Made by a program: the position numbers and the translations under genes
Shown here: positions 27,351-36,613 of the stretch, one piece after another
Layout: the number at the start of each line of letters is the position of its first letter
Numbering within the stretch: the stretch's first letter is position 1
Assembly (NCBI GenBank): GCA_964490105.1
Contig: CAZAZU010000003.1
Span: forward strand, 245-64,244
Direction: 5' to 3'
Source: an uncultured Gammaproteobacteria bacterium
GTDB lineage: Bacteria > Patescibacteriota > Microgenomatia > Levybacterales > UBA12049
DNA: 64,000 bases
Notes under the pieces: model-generated
Databases searched by the model: none
Told to the model about the DNA's origin: nothing
What the model saw: only the letters and a program-made list of their open reading frames with translations

Positions 27351-27737
27351 TGGAGATGTCGGGAAGTGATCCCGAGTGCAAGAAATGCAAATTAAAATGT
27401 CTACAAGCTTAGTTGATTATTATTTTGATCACTCTATCCTTTGAAAATCAACATTCATAAATAGAGCCGAGGTTATAATTACAATAAAGAGCTAACCAGC
27501 TTCTTTACAGTTTTCTTGGCTGATTTATGCTCAAAATATCTCACCAAGAGAAGATATAGTGAACAGCTCTAAAGCTTAAGCGTATGCTAAAGCTGGTTGA
27601 GCACTAGAAGGAGAGAAAGCTCTCCCTATAGCGTTAAATGTTTTTGAAACATTTATATTTGATCAAATTTTACGTCTTTTAATCGTGGACGGCTTGCAAT
27701 TATTAATGTACTGATCTTGTCGATGCAATGCATCCCC
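27351..27737 (-). ncRNA. ssrA: tmRNA; predicted tag (A)VSKTFNAIGRAFSPSSAQPALAYA*
   Basis: 5' GGGGATG pairs with 3' CATCTCC-A, giving G3:U. Tag ORF 27650-27576 ends ALAYA. Adjacent to smpB. Confidence 0.93.
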
Positions 27738-27777
27738 AAGGAACGAATAATAGCAAATTTAGCCTCAATTGTCAAGT

Positions 27778-28212
27778 TTACGAGGCTAGCTCCTGCTCAA
27801 TTTCGCGGTCTAAATCTGCTTTTTTCTTAGCCGTTTTTTTATCAAATTTCTTCTTTCCTTTTCCTACTCCAACTTCTAGTTTTATTAATCCATGTTTTTC
27901 ATAAAATGAAATCGGAACAAGGGTTAAATTTGCGCCATCCGTCTTGTGTTTGAGGCTAATTATCTCGCTTTTATGAAGAAGTAGCTTTCGGGTTCTAGAT
28001 TCGTCATACCCTTCTGGCCTTGCGTATTCATATGGGAATATTTTTGCATTTACTAAATATGCTTCTGAGCCCATAATTCTGACATAGCTTCCAGTTAGAT
28101 CTGCATGTTCCATTTTAATCGCTTTAACCTCAGCTCCATTTAGGTTTATTCCAGCCTCAAATCTTTCAGAAATAAGATAGTCGTAAAAAGCCCTTTTATT
28201 GGTGATTTTCAT
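27778..28212 (-). CDS. smpB: SsrA-binding protein
   Basis: NKRAFYDY..EAGINLNGAEVK, RTRKLLLHK, GKGKKKFDK. Confidence 0.97.
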   Translation of the reverse strand: MKITNKRAFYDYLISERFEAGINLNGAEVKAIKMEHADLTGSYVRIMGSEAYLVNAKIFPYEYARPEGYDESRTRKLLLHKSEIISLKHKTDGANLTLVPISFYEKHGLIKLEVGVGKGKKKFDKKTAKKKADLDREIEQELAS

Positions 28213-28248
28213 ATGGAAATAATACGCCAAAAGAGAGGAATTGTAAAT

Positions 28249-30183
28249 TTAGTTTATGTCGATTTTATAGACTTTACTATTTGAGAGAACAAAGATTGCG
28301 TTATCAGCCTCATTAACGTCAATGTCTGTTGCGCTTTTTAATACACTTGCCTGATAAGACTTAATGAATTTTCCTTCTTTATCCAGGACTACAATTCTAG
28401 AGTTTCCGTTGTCTAAAACATAAATATTGTCGAAATCTTCACCTGTAATAATTCGGGTGGGGGAGGACATTTCTTTGTCAATTCCGCTTACTTCAAAATC
28501 ATCTTCAGCGCCTCTTGTGTACTTATTGATTGAACCGTTATTAAATAGTACATAGATTGACCCATCAATCGCCAAGCTAGTAGCATCTGAGAGGTCTACT
28601 TCTTCTGTCAGATAATCGCTTTCTGTGTAATCGTCTTTGCCTGGTACAAATTTAGAAATTCCAGCTTCTTTATCCAAAACGTAAATATTAGATCCGAATA
28701 CTCCAATTCCCGAAGCTGTTTCCCAGCTTTTATCAAATAAAGATTCCTTAGAATCATTCCCTTTATCAACTGAATTAGCTCCTTTGTCATCTAAGAAATA
28801 AACGAAGTCCTCATTTTGAGTAAAATGAGTTGCATCTGGATTGTCTATCTCTATAGAAAGAAGTTTGCTTTCTGATTTATCAACTTCAGCCGCCGATATT
28901 CCACCTTGTCCGTCGCCGGTAATTTCGTTATTTACTTTGGTTAAAAGTTCTTCGATTTGATTGTCTTCATCAGACCCTTCTTTGAATGTGTCTTTATTTT
29001 TATCTAATAAGTTTTTGGCTGTCCTAAAACTTTCTTGAGCGAGCGATGCATTTAGGTCTTTTAGATTCAGCCCTTCATCGTATTTTTCCTGTGCTTCGTT
29101 AAATATTCCTGCAAATTTTTCTTGGGAGCCTTGGTTTTGTCTATTTATGAGCGCAAGGGCTCCGCTAATTACAATTACTGCAATTAAAACAATTGCAATT
29201 GTTAATATGATTTTTCTTGAATGCCCCAAATTTCCTGGTAATTTTTTAAGAAATCCTAAGCTAAAACCCATGGACATCTTTCTTCTTCTCGTTGGAATTT
29301 GATCTGCTAAGAAGGGGGAAGGGGTTTCAGCAGGCGCAGGCTGTTCAGGGATTGGTTGGTTAGATCCAATTAATGTTTCTGTTGATTCGTTAAATCCTGT
29401 TTCTGACTTTTCTAGATTTTCGGTTGGTTGTTCAATTGCTTCTTCATCGCTTTTTTCTAAGTTTTGCTCATCAGTTTCTACATCTGAATCCCTCTCGATA
29501 TCCTCTTCAGTAGCTGCTTCAGTGTGAGCTTCAGATTCTGATTCATCCACTGGAAGCGCAGCTTGGGATAGTTCTTGAGCGTTTAACTTTTTATATAGAA
29601 GAATTACGGCTGAAGCAGCGCCTTCTGTTTTTTCATGAAGATGGGGTGCGAGGTTTTCGGAGATTTCATCTGGAGTATTATTGTCCAGTGCTGAAGCGAG
29701 AGTTGCAGACTGTATAACTTTTGTAAATGATTTAGTCTGCAAGACTATAATGTCACCTTCCTGAACGTAACCAGACGCTGATTTAATAGCAAGTTCTTCG
29801 CTTGCTTCAAGAACTGTTCCGATTTTTTCTCCTCTTTTGAGAATTGCTTTTCCGCCTCCTGTTGCAAATAGATAAAGAACGTTTTCGTTTAAATAGCAGA
29901 TTACAAATGAAAGCTTTATCCCTGTTTTTACCCTTTCTGCCGTAGTATTTACAGCCTGTTTGATTGACTCTAAATCTTTATTTTCTAGAGTAAAAAATTC
30001 ACTTTCTAAAGTAGAAATTAGATCTTTACCTAATGAGTTTAAGTGTTCTTCGCCTTCCTGGGGAGTAGTATCGGTCTGGAGGGACAATGCAGCAAAGAGT
30101 CGGCCTGCGCTATATGCCTGAGACCAAGCCGTAGGCGTAGGTGTTGCTACTACTTTACTAAATGCTAGATTTGTTTCTGCCAT
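28249..30183 (-). CDS. Membrane protein: PP2C-like N-domain, acidic linker, TM helix, extracellular NHL beta-propeller
   Basis: SASGYVQEGDIIVL in the N-domain. NHL-like repeats NIYVLD and IYVLDNGNSRIVVLDKEG. Confidence 0.7.
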   Translation of the reverse strand: MAETNLAFSKVVATPTPTAWSQAYSAGRLFAALSLQTDTTPQEGEEHLNSLGKDLISTLESEFFTLENKDLESIKQAVNTTAERVKTGIKLSFVICYLNENVLYLFATGGGKAILKRGEKIGTVLEASEELAIKSASGYVQEGDIIVLQTKSFTKVIQSATLASALDNNTPDEISENLAPHLHEKTEGAASAVILLYKKLNAQELSQAALPVDESESEAHTEAATEEDIERDSDVETDEQNLEKSDEEAIEQPTENLEKSETGFNESTETLIGSNQPIPEQPAPAETPSPFLADQIPTRRRKMSMGFSLGFLKKLPGNLGHSRKIILTIAIVLIAVIVISGALALINRQNQGSQEKFAGIFNEAQEKYDEGLNLKDLNASLAQESFRTAKNLLDKNKDTFKEGSDEDNQIEELLTKVNNEITGDGQGGISAAEVDKSESKLLSIEIDNPDATHFTQNEDFVYFLDDKGANSVDKGNDSKESLFDKSWETASGIGVFGSNIYVLDKEAGISKFVPGKDDYTESDYLTEEVDLSDATSLAIDGSIYVLFNNGSINKYTRGAEDDFEVSGIDKEMSSPTRIITGEDFDNIYVLDNGNSRIVVLDKEGKFIKSYQASVLKSATDIDVNEADNAIFVLSNSKVYKIDIN

Positions 30184-30237
30184 TTCATCTTTTCCGGCTT
30201 ATTTAGCCGACTCATTTTCTATACGATAATTCCAGTT

Positions 30238-30480
30238 TTATAGAATGATTAGGGCAGCAACAAAAATAATCACTCCTATTATAGCATTTATTATTGCAAT
30301 TGAGTTAAGTAATATTGAACTGGCGCCATCATCGACCACTTTTTGCATTGCTCGAGCCTGTTTATAGACGATTAATAGGAATATTACAGTAATCAGACTT
30401 AATATAAGGAATATAAATTTGAGAATTGTTAAAAATTGAAAAAAGTTAAAAAGTATATCAAGCATGTTTTGTTTTTCCAA
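30238..30480 (-). CDS. Small two-TM membrane protein (DUF5657-like)
   Basis: Two hydrophobic helices with 'KQARAM' linker. Start may be 30465. Confidence 0.6.
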   Translation of the reverse strand: MEKQNMLDILFNFFQFLTILKFIFLILSLITVIFLLIVYKQARAMQKVVDDGASSILLNSIAIINAIIGVIIFVAALIIL

Positions 30481-31141
30481 TCAGATTATTTATAGTTTTT
30501 ATTACTTTTTCAGGATGAGGAACAGCTAGGAATTCAAAATTTGACGATGGACCTGCCGTATGAAGATTAACGTCCCCGAAATCAAAAATTGATCTTATTA
30601 TGCCGACCTGTGAATAACCAACATCTTCTACCTGAGAAAGCTTTGTGGCATCAACATTTTCATAAATTAAACTTGAAAAATCAATATCAATAATTCTTTT
30701 ATTGGTAACAACAGAAATGTTGTAAAACCAGCTTAAATATTTAATGAAAACATAGGAAAAAACAATCTGATAGTAAAAGATTGTCGCAAAAATTATGAAA
30801 TTGTAAGGTATAAAAGTAATATCAATGATTCCAAAGGAATTAACATAAAACATGAATGGGAAAACGAGGACTGCGCCAATTGCTCGTATCATCCATGGAA
30901 CGTTAGTCACAAAATGCCTTCTTAAATAAAGGAGTATTTCTTCATCATCCTGTAAGTCAGCGACTCTTACTGCCTGTGGATGATCACAATAAGCTGATAT
31001 TAGATGGCTGTGAATGTGTTTCCCTTTTTGTGGTGTAATGTGTGGTTTTGCTTGGGTGCTCTCTTCCACAGGTTTTGCTTCAGAGGTTTTCTCAGCTTCT
31101 GTATTAGGGTGAGCAGGATTTCCTACAAAAATATCAGGCAT
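30458..31141 (-). CDS. Bacterial PH-domain membrane protein
   Basis: LRRH, 2 TM, VTNKRIID..FDFGDVNLHTAG. Confidence 0.8.
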   Translation of the reverse strand: MPDIFVGNPAHPNTEAEKTSEAKPVEESTQAKPHITPQKGKHIHSHLISAYCDHPQAVRVADLQDDEEILLYLRRHFVTNVPWMIRAIGAVLVFPFMFYVNSFGIIDITFIPYNFIIFATIFYYQIVFSYVFIKYLSWFYNISVVTNKRIIDIDFSSLIYENVDATKLSQVEDVGYSQVGIIRSIFDFGDVNLHTAGPSSNFEFLAVPHPEKVIKTINNLIGKTKHA

Positions 31142-31167
31142 GTTGTGCGGGCGTACTTTATTATACG

Positions 31168-32811
31168 TTACTTTTTTTCAATATTAAAGAATGCAAATCC
31201 AGATTGTGGAATTGACAAATGACCCGGTGCTCTTAAATTAAATGCTCTTTTAAAATCATCACCGGATAGTGAAACACCATTTATTGTAACGTTTGAAGTG
31301 TTTCCGTTTCCCTGGGAAACTGAAACACTTGTAGCCTGACTAATCCCTCCTTGACCAGAAACTAAATTTCTAAGCTCATCCATGCTGTAAGGATTTCCTC
31401 CCCAGCAGTCAGTGGTAACCGGTGTAATTCGGGAAGTGTCAATTCCTGAAGTTCTAAGTGCAATTGCTGCATTAACTATGTCAGCCATTTCTGTGGGGGA
31501 AAGCCATGGATTATTTCTTCCGCATTTTCCAGAAGAAACACTATATCCTTGTGTATACCAGGCTTTATACAGCCATGGTGAGCCTCCTAATTTATCATAA
31601 GCTTTATCTATAAAATTTCCTCCACCCCCACCGTCTGTCGTATCCCAGCCGCGGGTCGTTGTAAATCCTCCATGAGTAGATGCATAGTATGTAACGACAC
31701 CTTCGATAACCTGACCGCGTGTCGATTGAACTGCTTGTCGCCATGCCTCGGGCGGATTTGAAGCTTTGCCGTCATTATAAACCTGGCATGCTTCAGTAGT
31801 GCAGATCTCTTTTCCCTCGCTTTTATATCTATATGCATAAGTTCTTGCTGCAATTGCTTGAGCCTTTAAAGCTTCAGGGTGCCAGGTGGAAGGCATTTCA
31901 GCAATTCCCATTAAGTATCTTTCCTCAAAGTTCATGCTGCCAAACCCCGCCACCTGAATATCTCCGCCTGTGTCTTTACCAACGGGTTCTTTTCCATAAT
32001 ATGCGTTAAGAATTTGATTTACGCTTTGTCCGCTTTGCGCTCTGCCCCGAGCTCCATACTGACTCATTCCTTTTCTGTGAGTGTGAGCTCCAAATGAAAA
32101 CACTGCGAAATATCCGGAAGGAGCAGCTTCTCTAAATCCAACAATTGACGCGTTATAATCATCAGCTAAATTGCTATCCCCAATGGTGGCTGTAAAAGTT
32201 CCGGATCTTGCATTAATGATTTCCTGCTGTTTTGCAGATAATGCCGCAATTTGTCCGGTTAAATTGGACTGGTAGGTTTTTGCTTCGCCGATTATTTTAT
32301 CTAGATTAGCTTTTACTGTGGCTAGTTTTATTTTTTCGTTCTCGAGCGCTTCCTTTTTTTCCTCCAAAGTGTTAATTGAGAGTGCAATATTGGTAATAAT
32401 CATTTTATCCTGGTCCGCTGCAGCTTTTTGGTAAGCAAGAATTTGAGTTATTTCAGAAGCTGAATTTGAAGAAAGAAATACGAGTATTGGGGAATTGTAA
32501 TGACTTTTAATATAGTAGTTTCTTATCGCTAGATTTAATTTGTCTGTTTGTTTTTCTAAATCTTTATATCCTTTATCAATATCGTTTCCTTTTTTAACTA
32601 CATCTGCTTCTATAAATGCGACGCGTGATTTAATACTCGCAACTTGTTGTTCTAATGGAGCTGTGGCAGATTTTGAATCATTCAAAGCTTTTGTTAAGTC
32701 TGCAATTTGTTTATTTAAATCATCAAGCTCATCTCCTCTGGCTTTTCCGACACCTAATAGAAGAGAAGATAGGATAAGAAATAAGAAAACTAAAAAAGAA
32801 AATTTGGGCAT
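31168..32811 (-). CDS. Coiled-coil plus SpoIID/LytB-domain cell wall hydrolase
   Basis: YLMGIAEMPSTWHPEALKAQAIAARTY, CQVY, HRKGMSQYGA. Confidence 0.9.
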   Translation of the reverse strand: MPKFSFLVFLFLILSSLLLGVGKARGDELDDLNKQIADLTKALNDSKSATAPLEQQVASIKSRVAFIEADVVKKGNDIDKGYKDLEKQTDKLNLAIRNYYIKSHYNSPILVFLSSNSASEITQILAYQKAAADQDKMIITNIALSINTLEEKKEALENEKIKLATVKANLDKIIGEAKTYQSNLTGQIAALSAKQQEIINARSGTFTATIGDSNLADDYNASIVGFREAAPSGYFAVFSFGAHTHRKGMSQYGARGRAQSGQSVNQILNAYYGKEPVGKDTGGDIQVAGFGSMNFEERYLMGIAEMPSTWHPEALKAQAIAARTYAYRYKSEGKEICTTEACQVYNDGKASNPPEAWRQAVQSTRGQVIEGVVTYYASTHGGFTTTRGWDTTDGGGGGNFIDKAYDKLGGSPWLYKAWYTQGYSVSSGKCGRNNPWLSPTEMADIVNAAIALRTSGIDTSRITPVTTDCWGGNPYSMDELRNLVSGQGGISQATSVSVSQGNGNTSNVTINGVSLSGDDFKRAFNLRAPGHLSIPQSGFAFFNIEKK

Positions 32812-32875
32812 TAGATTATTATATCAAATCAAATGTTGATAGATGGATTTTCTTGTGATATTATGGCACCCTAGT

Positions 32876-33457
32876 ATGGAAGAGATCTCTTATTCAGGAG
32901 CCAATCAGCCTTCAAAAAAAAGAATTTCGAAAAGAGTCGCCCTGTTTGGAATATTCTTCGTAATTATCTTATTGCTCCTTGGAAGTGTCGCTTATTTTGT
33001 AACAAGCGGAAGTGAGCCTGAAGAAGATAGTACGTCGATTACTTTAACTGAGGATTCAGAAGATGAAGTAGCTATGGAAGAAGAGCCAACGGTTACACCT
33101 GAGGAAACAGAAGCACCAACTCCATCAAAAGCACCTACAAAAGCGCCGACTAAAGCAGCAGACGAAGCAGATACTCCTGCAAGTTCGGGTTCAGTTGCAG
33201 TGCAGAATGGTAGCGGAGAATCCGGGGTTGCTGGTGCAGCAGCTGCTGTTATAAAAGAGGCCGGGTTTACGATTGCATCAACGGGAAATGCAGACAACTT
33301 TGATTATACGGATGTAACAATTCAGGTAAAAAACTCAAAGAAAAGTATTTTAGCTGATTTAGAAAAGGCATTATCAGCAGATTACACGATAGGAGACACA
33401 TCAACAGATCTTCCAGAAGCGACATCTTACGACGCTTTGGTTATAATAGGAAAGTAA
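32876..33457 (+). CDS. Membrane-anchored LytR C-terminal domain protein
   Basis: VAVQNGSGESGVAG..GNAD..DALVIIGK. Start probably ATG 32876. Confidence 0.85.
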   Translation: MEEISYSGANQPSKKRISKRVALFGIFFVIILLLLGSVAYFVTSGSEPEEDSTSITLTEDSEDEVAMEEEPTVTPEETEAPTPSKAPTKAPTKAADEADTPASSGSVAVQNGSGESGVAGAAAAVIKEAGFTIASTGNADNFDYTDVTIQVKNSKKSILADLEKALSADYTIGDTSTDLPEATSYDALVIIGK

Positions 33458-34071
33458 TGATAATTCCGACAATCCTCGAAACACGCTGGGAGGAGATTGA
33501 GAAAAAGTTCGAAATATATAAAGGCTTTGCAAAAGCAGTTCATGTAGATTTTTTAGATGGGAAATTTGAAGAAAATACCACTTTTTTAAATCCAGAACCA
33601 TTTGCTAAATATTCAAAATATTTTGACCTCGAAGCACATTTAATGGTAGAAGAGCCGATTGATTACATTGAAAATTTATCCAAAGCAGGATTCAGGACTT
33701 TTTTAGGGCATATCGAAAAGATGAGTGATCAGGTGGAATTTGTAGCTCGTGGACAGGAGTTGGGCGGAGTAGGTTTGGCACTAGACATTGATACGCCGGT
33801 TTCAAATATTAGAGTTTCTTTTGAAGATTTAGATAGGATTTTACTTATGGCAATTCATGCTGGTGCTTCGGGCAGGCCTTTTGATGAAAAGGTTTATGAA
33901 AAAATAAGTGAGGTTTCAGGCTCCGGTTTTACAAAAATTCAGGTCGATGGGGGGGTAAGTGATCAAACACTGCCAAAATTAAGAGAAAATGGGGCTAGTA
34001 TGTTTTGCGTAAACAGCTTTCTTTTTAAAGGTGACCCGGAGTCACAATTTCGTTTACTTGAGTCGCTTTAA
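33457..34071 (+). CDS. rpe: Ribulose-phosphate 3-epimerase
   Basis: HVDFLDG, EAHLMV, IQVDGGV. Confidence 0.88.
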   Translation: MIIPTILETRWEEIEKKFEIYKGFAKAVHVDFLDGKFEENTTFLNPEPFAKYSKYFDLEAHLMVEEPIDYIENLSKAGFRTFLGHIEKMSDQVEFVARGQELGGVGLALDIDTPVSNIRVSFEDLDRILLMAIHAGASGRPFDEKVYEKISEVSGSGFTKIQVDGGVSDQTLPKLRENGASMFCVNSFLFKGDPESQFRLLESL

Positions 34072-36509
34072 GGATTTGGTCTTTGTTCATTTAATCCAAT
34101 CGATCTGCATACGCCCCTATTTTCAGTACCCTTTATAAAGTATTCATTTCTTCCTCCGCAAGGTCTTGCTACGATATTTGCAGGAAGAGAATAAATTTCA
34201 TCTTTAGGATTACTATCCTTTAATAAATTATTCATAATTTTATTCCAGATTGGCGCAGCTCCTGTAATACCTGAGGCTAAAAGAGGGTTCATGGGAGTAT
34301 TATCATTATTGCCGACCCATACCGCAGTCAGGACTTTGGGTGTATACCCAATTGTCCAGTTATCTCTTTTGTTATCAGTTGTTCCTGTTTTTACAGATAC
34401 AATGTGTTTTGGAATATTTAGGGGAGAATTCAGTCCAAACCCCATGGAGCGCGCGTTATTATCCGCTAAAATATTTGAAATGATAAATGCAACCTCCTCT
34501 GGCATAGCTCTTTTTTCTTTAATTTCATTTTTTTCCTCTAGTATTGCCCCCTGATAATTTGTAATTTTTAGAATCGGATTTAGTTCAACCTTCTTCCCCT
34601 TATTTGCCAGTGTTCCATAAACAGTAGCCATTTCAGTCATTTTTGCTTCAGCTGCTCCTAATGTAATTGCGAGTCCATAGTTTTCCGGATCCTGCCAGGT
34701 AGAGATGCCCATTTTTTTACCAAGGTTTACCATAGTAGAAACTCCTATTTGATTTAAGGTTTTCACTGCGGGAATGTTTATGGAATTTCCAAGAGCATTT
34801 CTTAAAGTTACATTGCCATGAAACCTTCCGTCATAATTAGCCGGAGAATATGGGGGTGATCCTGGCGATGCAAAAGAGACGGGGGTATCCTGAATAGTTG
34901 TTGCCCCAGTGTATCCATTCATGAGTGCAGCTGAGTACGTAACAACTTTTATGGTTGATCCCGGTTGTCTTAAAGCAGTCGTAACATTATAGTTCCCTCC
35001 ATTTGGATCGTAATAATCTTTGCCCCCAACCATAGCCAGAATATCTCCGTTTGTTGGATTAGTTATTAATGCTCCTGCATTTGTGAAGTTAAGGTATCCT
35101 GCTTTTTCAACTTCGTCAGTAATAATCTTCTGAGCCATGTCCTGAGTTTTTAATTCAAGACTTGTTATGACAGTAAGTCCGCCACGCTCAACAACCGGAA
35201 GTCCGTATCTTTCTATCAAGAGATCTTTTACGTACATTACGAAGTGTGGAGCCTTTATACTATTTTGATTAGGTTTAAATACTAGTTTTTCTTTCTGGGC
35301 TTTTTCTGCTTCCTCTTTTGTTATAAATTTAAGCTCCCTCATTCTAGTAAGCACATCTCTTTGTCTTCCTTTCCAAAGATCGGGAGTTCCGCTATATGGT
35401 GAATAAATCGACGGAGCTTGGGGAAGTCCGGCTAGGAAAGCGCTTTCTGCGAGAGTTAATCGCCTTACATCTTTCCCGAAGTAAGTTTGTGCTGCGGCTT
35501 GTGCGCCCCAGGTAGTTCCTCCATATGGTACTTGATTAAAGTACATTTCTAAAATTTCATCTTTTGTATATATTTGCTCAGCCCAAACGGAAAGAATAAC
35601 TTCTTTAATCTTTCGCTCAATAGTTCTATCCGGAGTAAGAAGCCTTGCTTTTATAAGTTGCTGTGTGATGGTTGAGCCTCCCTGAAGCGGTTTTCCTGTA
35701 AGGTCAGCGTATGCAGATCTTATTATTGCTAAAATATCAAAACCCGGAGTTGAGTAGAAATTTTTATCCTCGATTGCAATTGTTGCATTTTTAAAATCTT
35801 GGGGAATTTCAGACAGGGGTACGTTCGTTCTGTTTTGATTTGCATAAATCTGATAGAGGAGCACTTTATTTCGATCATAAATTTTTGTGGTTTGGGCAAT
35901 TTCCTGATGTGATAATTCCGCAGGATTTGGTAAGTTTTTTATTAATACATAAGAAATTATAGGGAGGAAAATAAACAAAAATGAAAAAAGAGTGCCGATA
36001 AAAGCATACTTAAATCTTGTTTTAAAAGGTAAGGTTACTGGAAGTCTTGGTCTTCCTCTTTTTTTGTGTTTTTTTATGTGAGGTGTATGAAGCTTGGGAG
36101 TATTTATTTTTGGCATTCCTATTTTTGGAAAGCTGATTCTAGGAAGTGAAAATTTAGGAATTTTAATTTCAGGGATAGTAGTTTTCGGGATATGAAATTT
36201 AGGAAAATTGTACTTTGGAATTTTAAACTTAAAGTTTACGCTAGGTAGCTTAAAATCTGGAATATTTATTTTTGGTAATCTAATTTCTGGCTTTTTTATT
36301 TCAGGGATTTTTAGTGAAATATTTTTTTTCCGCGTACTCTCTTGATTGAATATCTCTTTCTCAACATGTTTTTTAGAATTAAGCCGTGGAGTATTTCTGC
36401 TTAATGCTTCAACTAATTTCCAAGGGGAAGAGAATACAAAAATTGTAACATCACCTATAAAAATTAAAATTTTCGCAACAAAAATAATCAAAGATTTTAA
36501 TATATCCAT
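34068..36509 (-). CDS. Class A penicillin-binding protein with repetitive basic N-terminal extension
   Basis: GT51 motifs EDKNFY, GGSTITQQL, RKIKE. Transpeptidase motifs STIK, SIN, KTGT. Confidence 0.95.
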   Translation of the reverse strand: MDILKSLIIFVAKILIFIGDVTIFVFSSPWKLVEALSRNTPRLNSKKHVEKEIFNQESTRKKNISLKIPEIKKPEIRLPKINIPDFKLPSVNFKFKIPKYNFPKFHIPKTTIPEIKIPKFSLPRISFPKIGMPKINTPKLHTPHIKKHKKRGRPRLPVTLPFKTRFKYAFIGTLFSFLFIFLPIISYVLIKNLPNPAELSHQEIAQTTKIYDRNKVLLYQIYANQNRTNVPLSEIPQDFKNATIAIEDKNFYSTPGFDILAIIRSAYADLTGKPLQGGSTITQQLIKARLLTPDRTIERKIKEVILSVWAEQIYTKDEILEMYFNQVPYGGTTWGAQAAAQTYFGKDVRRLTLAESAFLAGLPQAPSIYSPYSGTPDLWKGRQRDVLTRMRELKFITKEEAEKAQKEKLVFKPNQNSIKAPHFVMYVKDLLIERYGLPVVERGGLTVITSLELKTQDMAQKIITDEVEKAGYLNFTNAGALITNPTNGDILAMVGGKDYYDPNGGNYNVTTALRQPGSTIKVVTYSAALMNGYTGATTIQDTPVSFASPGSPPYSPANYDGRFHGNVTLRNALGNSINIPAVKTLNQIGVSTMVNLGKKMGISTWQDPENYGLAITLGAAEAKMTEMATVYGTLANKGKKVELNPILKITNYQGAILEEKNEIKEKRAMPEEVAFIISNILADNNARSMGFGLNSPLNIPKHIVSVKTGTTDNKRDNWTIGYTPKVLTAVWVGNNDNTPMNPLLASGITGAAPIWNKIMNNLLKDSNPKDEIYSLPANIVARPCGGRNEYFIKGTENRGVCRSIGLNEQRPNP

Positions 36510-36613
36510 AATTTATAAATGAGCAGGAGAGATAAGTACGACTTTTAGCCTCAGAATTTAACTAAGTCCAAGCTGGATTATACAAAATTGAAGGTTTACT
36601 TAAAAGAGGGACT

